Positions 61,301-64,000 of a DNA stretch of 64,000 nucleotides are shown here, in pieces (position 1 is the first letter of the stretch; each line of letters opens with the position of its first letter). The stretch covers positions 80,104,001 through 80,168,000 of the forward strand of contig NC_091479.1 of assembly GCF_036971445.1 (NCBI RefSeq), written 5' to 3'. The DNA comes from Narcine bancroftii. Lineage: Eukaryota. The position numbers and the translations under genes are program-made. The notes beneath the pieces are model-generated. The model was given only the letters and a program-made list of their open reading frames with translations, was not told where the DNA came from and did not search any database.

Positions 61301-64000
61301 ATTTGTTTCTCTAGTGTTAAGCTTTCCGCCACATTGTTTTTTTTAACTTTAGTAGTATAACTAATAATTTGCCCACGCAAATATGCTTTCAAAGCATACA
61401 AAAGTACTACTTACCATATTAATATTCTCAGCCAGAAATAAAGCAATCTGTTCCTTAACAAAAGTAACAAATTCTGGTTTCTTTAATAGCATTGTATTAA
61501 GCCGCCATCTATAAGACAATTGCACCACTTCCGGACTTGCACAAGAGAGAAACAACATAGAATGATCCGATATGACCCGGCTTTTATATTCGGCTTGAAG
61601 TACTCTACCTTGTAAATGTGCCAATACCAAAAAAAATCTATTCTAGAAAATGAATCATGTCTAAATGAATAAAAGGAGAAATCTTTCTCTGTAGGATTTA
61701 CTCTCCTCCAAATATCAATTAAGTTCAAATCTTTCATCAAGGCCCCTATTTGTATTGCCGTCTTTGATTTCCTTATACTTTTCGGAGACCTATCCAACAA
61801 AGGATCTAAAACAAAGTTAAAATCTCCCCCAACCAAAATATTTTCCTTGGCCTGATTTAACAAAAAAAACCTCTGACATAAGTCTTTCATCATCCACATT
61901 AGGTGTGTAGATATTTAACAAAGTGCATGATTCAGCAAAAATGTTACAATTCAACCTCAAAACCCTCCCTGCATTACCTTCAAAGGATTCTAATTCAAAT
62001 GGTAATTTTTTTTATGAATTAAAATCGCTACACCTCTCGCCTTGGAATTGAAAGAAGAAGAAAATACATCCAATCCAATCTCTCTTCAATTTCATATGTT
62101 CTTTTTTCAGTCAAATGTGTCTCTTGCAAAAAAGCAGTATCGACTTTCATTTTCTAATATAAGCCAATACCCATTAAATAGGATTATTCAATCCCTTGAC
62201 ATTAAAAGTTGCAAAGTTCAAATTGGACATTTCAGTAAAAATTCTACTATAAGATATTACTCCCCTTTCTAATTCCTTAAATATGCTAAATCCTCCCCCC
62301 TATATAAAAATACCACAAAAGCAAAAAAAAAACTTCCCCTTGGTAAACTACTAAAAAGTAGTAACTCCATAAAAATCTGGGTGTGGTATAACCCACTAGT
62401 GGCAGACGACTATCAGGTCTCAGTGTCATCCACTCCCCCCCCCCCCCCCCCCATCAGACTTTCACAAAGTAATTATTCAGACATATTGAACCCAGTGATT
62501 CCAATCCCAATGATTGTTCCGGGTCTTCAATATCAAGAAGACTTGGCGTCAATTCAACCTTCTTTCCATTATTTTCGTGTTTCCCATTCTTTCCATTCCC
62601 CTTTCCATTCACCCTCCTTTTAGACGACGATAATGACAACTGACCATTTCCTTGCAGATTCTGGCAACGAATTAGCAAAAATTAATGCATCATGATCATT
62701 TTCAAAACATTGAGACTGAAAATTTCCATTAAAAAACTTTAAGTACAGCTGGGTAACGAAAGGCAAACTTGTAACCCTTTCGCCACATCACTTCTTTTGC
62801 TGAATTAAATTCTCGATGCCTTCTAATAATTTCTTGACTCAAATCTGCATAGAAAAACACTTATTTTGAACCATCATTTGAATCTGATTTTGCTGTGCCT
62901 TCTGCACTGCAACTCGTAATACCATTTCTCTATCTTGATATTTCAAACAATGAATCAGAACTGCCCTCAGTGGTTGACCTGGAAATGTTTTTTTCCTCAA
63001 TGCTCTATGCGTTCAATCCAACTCTAGACCATCCGGAAAAAATTCCTTGCCCAGTACCTTAGGAATCCATTTCTTAAATTTTTTTTTACCGGATCTGAAC
63101 CTTCCATATCTTCTGGAAGACCTACTATTTATACATTATTTCTTCGACCTTGATACTCTAATGAATCAATCTTCTTCAATAATTCCTTCTTCTGAATCCC
63201 CCAGTCTGCAAAAGAGTCCTCCACTTTTCCATTTTTTCTCTATTACCCTCTACCTGATTCTTACATTCAAAAAAAGCTTCTTCAATTTTTAAAAAATTAT
63301 CCTGTACAGTATCTACTGTTTTTATACATCTACTAACATCACTTTTAACTACAGTCATATCATTTTTTATAGAAGTAATCTCTTCACACATATTATTCAT
63401 TTTAGTTTTCACTTCCATAAATCCTTAGTTTATCTGAGTAGACATCTGCATTGACATGTTTTCCATTTGATGAGCAATCCCTTCCAATATTGTAAACACA
63501 GAATCCAGTCCAGGTTCCATCACTTCCCCTTGAGGCATACCTTCTCTGGTCTTAGTCCCCATTTCTTCCTGTGTAATTCCAATAACGTTGAGCTCTCTTC
63601 CTCCCCTAATGCAGTGACTCCTCTTCCAGTGCGGCTGTGGGTCTGGACATTCGTCGACAGTGCGCCGACCTCATCAGCCCTCCGTCTTTCAGGCTCCCCC
63701 ACAGCCCACACCTTTTCCAATAACTCATGGAGCCGTGAAGCACCGCGCATGCCCGGCAAAGTCACCGACCGCGCAGGTGCGTTTTCCAATGCCATACTGT
63801 ACGCCCCCGGACTACCAGGCAGTACTGCGGTCTCACGAGTCTGTCTTCACTTGGCTGATCTGCCCGCGTGCCTGGGTCAGGGCTGGATGAGCTCGTCACT
63901 GAACCGGCGCCATCTTGTGAATGCGCGATTGGCGCCGGTGTAATACTTAGCCGAGCAGGAGTCCTCTGAGGCTTGGGAACTCCAATCGACGACTCCGTGG
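58400..64000 (-). mobile_element. Near full-length L1 LINE, decayed (ORF1, EN, RT, C-terminal Cys region); 5' end at or beyond the window edge
   Basis: ORF1 coiled-coil remnant at about 63420-62450; EN ILVGGDFNFVLDPLLD...DIWRRVNP...SRIDFF and SDH; RT SYRPISLLNVDYKIMAKVLANRL and TRQGCPL...LFVDDVL; numerous stops and frameshifts; poly-A near 58400. Confidence 0.93.

Noticed and set aside
58400-64000. Active L1 or domesticated reverse-transcriptase gene
   Set aside because: ORF1 and ORF2 are broken into many frames by stops and frameshifts.

Overview
Vertebrate genomic DNA, most likely a cartilaginous fish (inferred from the HE1-like V-SINE/CR1/Penelope/Rex1 repeat complement and the protein sequences; not proven). 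The window holds the gene block known from human 12p13.33 in the same order and orientation: TEX52 (-, two coding exons found, 5' end unresolved), a complete FOXM1 (-, 8 phase-consistent coding exons including an exon-Va-like cassette and a GC-AG last intron, about 734 aa), RHNO1 (+, 2 coding exons, 334 aa) sharing a CCAAT/CHR bidirectional CpG-island promoter with FOXM1, and the CpG-island promoter and short first coding exon of probable TULP3 (+). The rest is introns and intergenic DNA filled with decayed CR1, Rex1/Babar, L1, RTE, Penelope, SINE, LTR and MITE copies, plus two N gaps in a G-rich tract. There is no prokaryotic-type system or CRISPR array. The most unusual items are an LTR-end/35-nt tRNA-Leu/LTR chimera, an ORF1-only L1 derivative with a perfect 15-bp TSD, a young AviRTE-like insertion and two long intronic inverted repeats. 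Gene and repeat-family identities come from recalled homologue sequences, not from a database search.
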